Under the pieces are notes generated by a model that did not search any database, was not told the DNA's origin, and saw nothing but the letters and a program-made list of their open reading frames with translations. A DNA stretch of 63,905 nt, the filler included, from Octopus bimaculoides (Eukaryota): the NCBI RefSeq assembly GCF_001194135.2. It is 6 parts of 5 records of this genome, joined end to end, with 100 filler letters (N's around TTAATTAATTAA, not from the genome) between each part and the next. Parts side by side here need not be neighbours in the genome. Positions count along the whole stretch, not along the records: positions 62,835 to 63,905 come from NC_068982.1; 5 more parts are not named here. One strand, 5' to 3'. Shown here one piece after another: positions 62,735 to 63,905 of the stretch. Position 1 is the stretch's first letter. Each line of letters starts with the position of its first letter. A program made the translations under genes and the position numbers.

Positions 62735-62834
62735 NNNNNNNNNNNNNNNNNNNNNNNNNNNNNNNNNNNNNNNNNNNNTTAATTAATTAANNNNNNNNNN
62801 NNNNNNNNNNNNNNNNNNNNNNNNNNNNNNNNNN
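62735..62834. other. Artificial scaffold linker
   Basis: 44N-TTAATTAATTAA-44N. Confidence 0.95.
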
Positions 62835-62859
62835 ATATATATAATAGTTTAAAGAAAAC

Positions 62860-63400
62860 AGATTATACATAGAATAATCATTTTTTAATCACTGTGCTGT
62901 CAATTAATAAGTTCTAACATTTTTTTACCTACATTAGGTTTCAACCAATTGTTATTGTCCATATTTGCTCCTTTAAAGTGCCTTATGATGTTATAAAACA
63001 ATGGCCTCCTCTGAACATATTTGACTGATATTTTTCCCTTTTCTTGAATGGACAATTTAGTCTGACTGAATAGTAAGCCTTTAGTCCTTTTGTTTAACTG
63101 TGTGTTGGATGCTGTTCTAAACATGGTTCAAAACTGACTTTTTAACCCTACTGGTCAAGGGAAGAATCTGCTTCCTCGTAACTAGGTCACATTACTATTC
63201 CATGCCTATTAGTTTATTTGATAAACACTTTAATCATTGTTTTCACCAAGGGTAGTCAAGGTCTTCAATTTTGCCACTACCAATCCTATCCTATCCAAAG
63301 TGTCAATACCCTACTGTATCCCTATGCATCCTTTTTATTCATATTTTTTTATTAAAATATTGATTATGGCATGTGCCTATATTGATCCTATGCCGTTGTT
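62860..63400 (-). mobile_element. Possible Penelope-like element relic
   Basis: KPNVGKKMLELIN resembles the remembered Penelope RT-linker motif (K)TNVGKKFLxLID; otherwise heavily degenerate. Confidence 0.35.
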
Positions 63401-63776
63401 TTTTATATCTACACTGTTATTATTTATTAATTAATTATTTATACGATTGTTACTATTATAATATTATTTTAATTATTAATGTTAATGGATAGGTTGGGCT
63501 CATATTGCATGTATGTATATCCAATTTATAGTATTATAGGTATTTATAGGTATTATGTCTGTTTAATATTTTATCATATTATCCTTAGGTTATCATTTCT
63601 ATTATATCCCCAGCACAGGTTTAACTAATCTTGTTTTTCTTTTGTTAATCATGTCCATTATATGTATATTTATTTATAAGGACAGGAATCAGGTCCCCTA
63701 CTTGCCTGCTGATGATTTATTTAGGCTATGATGTAACAGTCTAGTATATTTACCTTAAGGTAATTCCTCTTCTTTT

Positions 63777-63818
<42 letters not shown>

Positions 63819-63905
63819 TTTATATATATATATATATACTTTATATATATATATATATATACACTTTATATATATATATATACTTTATATATATATATAT
63901 ATATA

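Noticed and set aside
3539-63434. Most ORFs in the supplied track (poly-YI, HT, CV, RE, X runs)
   Set aside because: They are translations of di-, tri- and tetranucleotide microsatellites or N gaps, which lack stops by construction.

Overview
AT-rich, microsatellite-saturated eukaryotic draft-genome DNA with about 13% N. The SINE and LINE families resemble those I remember from octopus/coleoid cephalopods; that assignment is inference, not a search result. Five artificial 100-bp linkers (44N-TTAATTAATTAA-44N) split the window into six pieces, so continuity across them is not shown by the sequence. Almost all listed ORFs are microsatellite or N artefacts. The supportable content is: (i) many retroelement relics, namely seven R4/Dong-type restriction-like-endonuclease (RLE) LINE fragments in two groups associated with (TAA)n or (TACA)n, one HERO-like element, CR1/L2 and APE-LINE scraps, and four SINE families; (ii) a hAT transposase fossil, a Tigger-like remnant and two hairpin/MITE elements; (iii) several short repeats next to (TA)n that carry minimal hammerhead-ribozyme motifs with palindromic stem III, as in Penelope-type terminal repeats, one copy with an intact core at 29439-29497; (iv) a ~355-bp-arm palindrome beside one of those repeats; (v) the probable last two coding exons of an unidentified + strand gene (2239-2270, 15527-15592), a putative GT32 glycosyltransferase pseudogene and a few weaker exon candidates. 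No complete protein-coding gene, rRNA, tRNA gene or CRISPR array can be supported.
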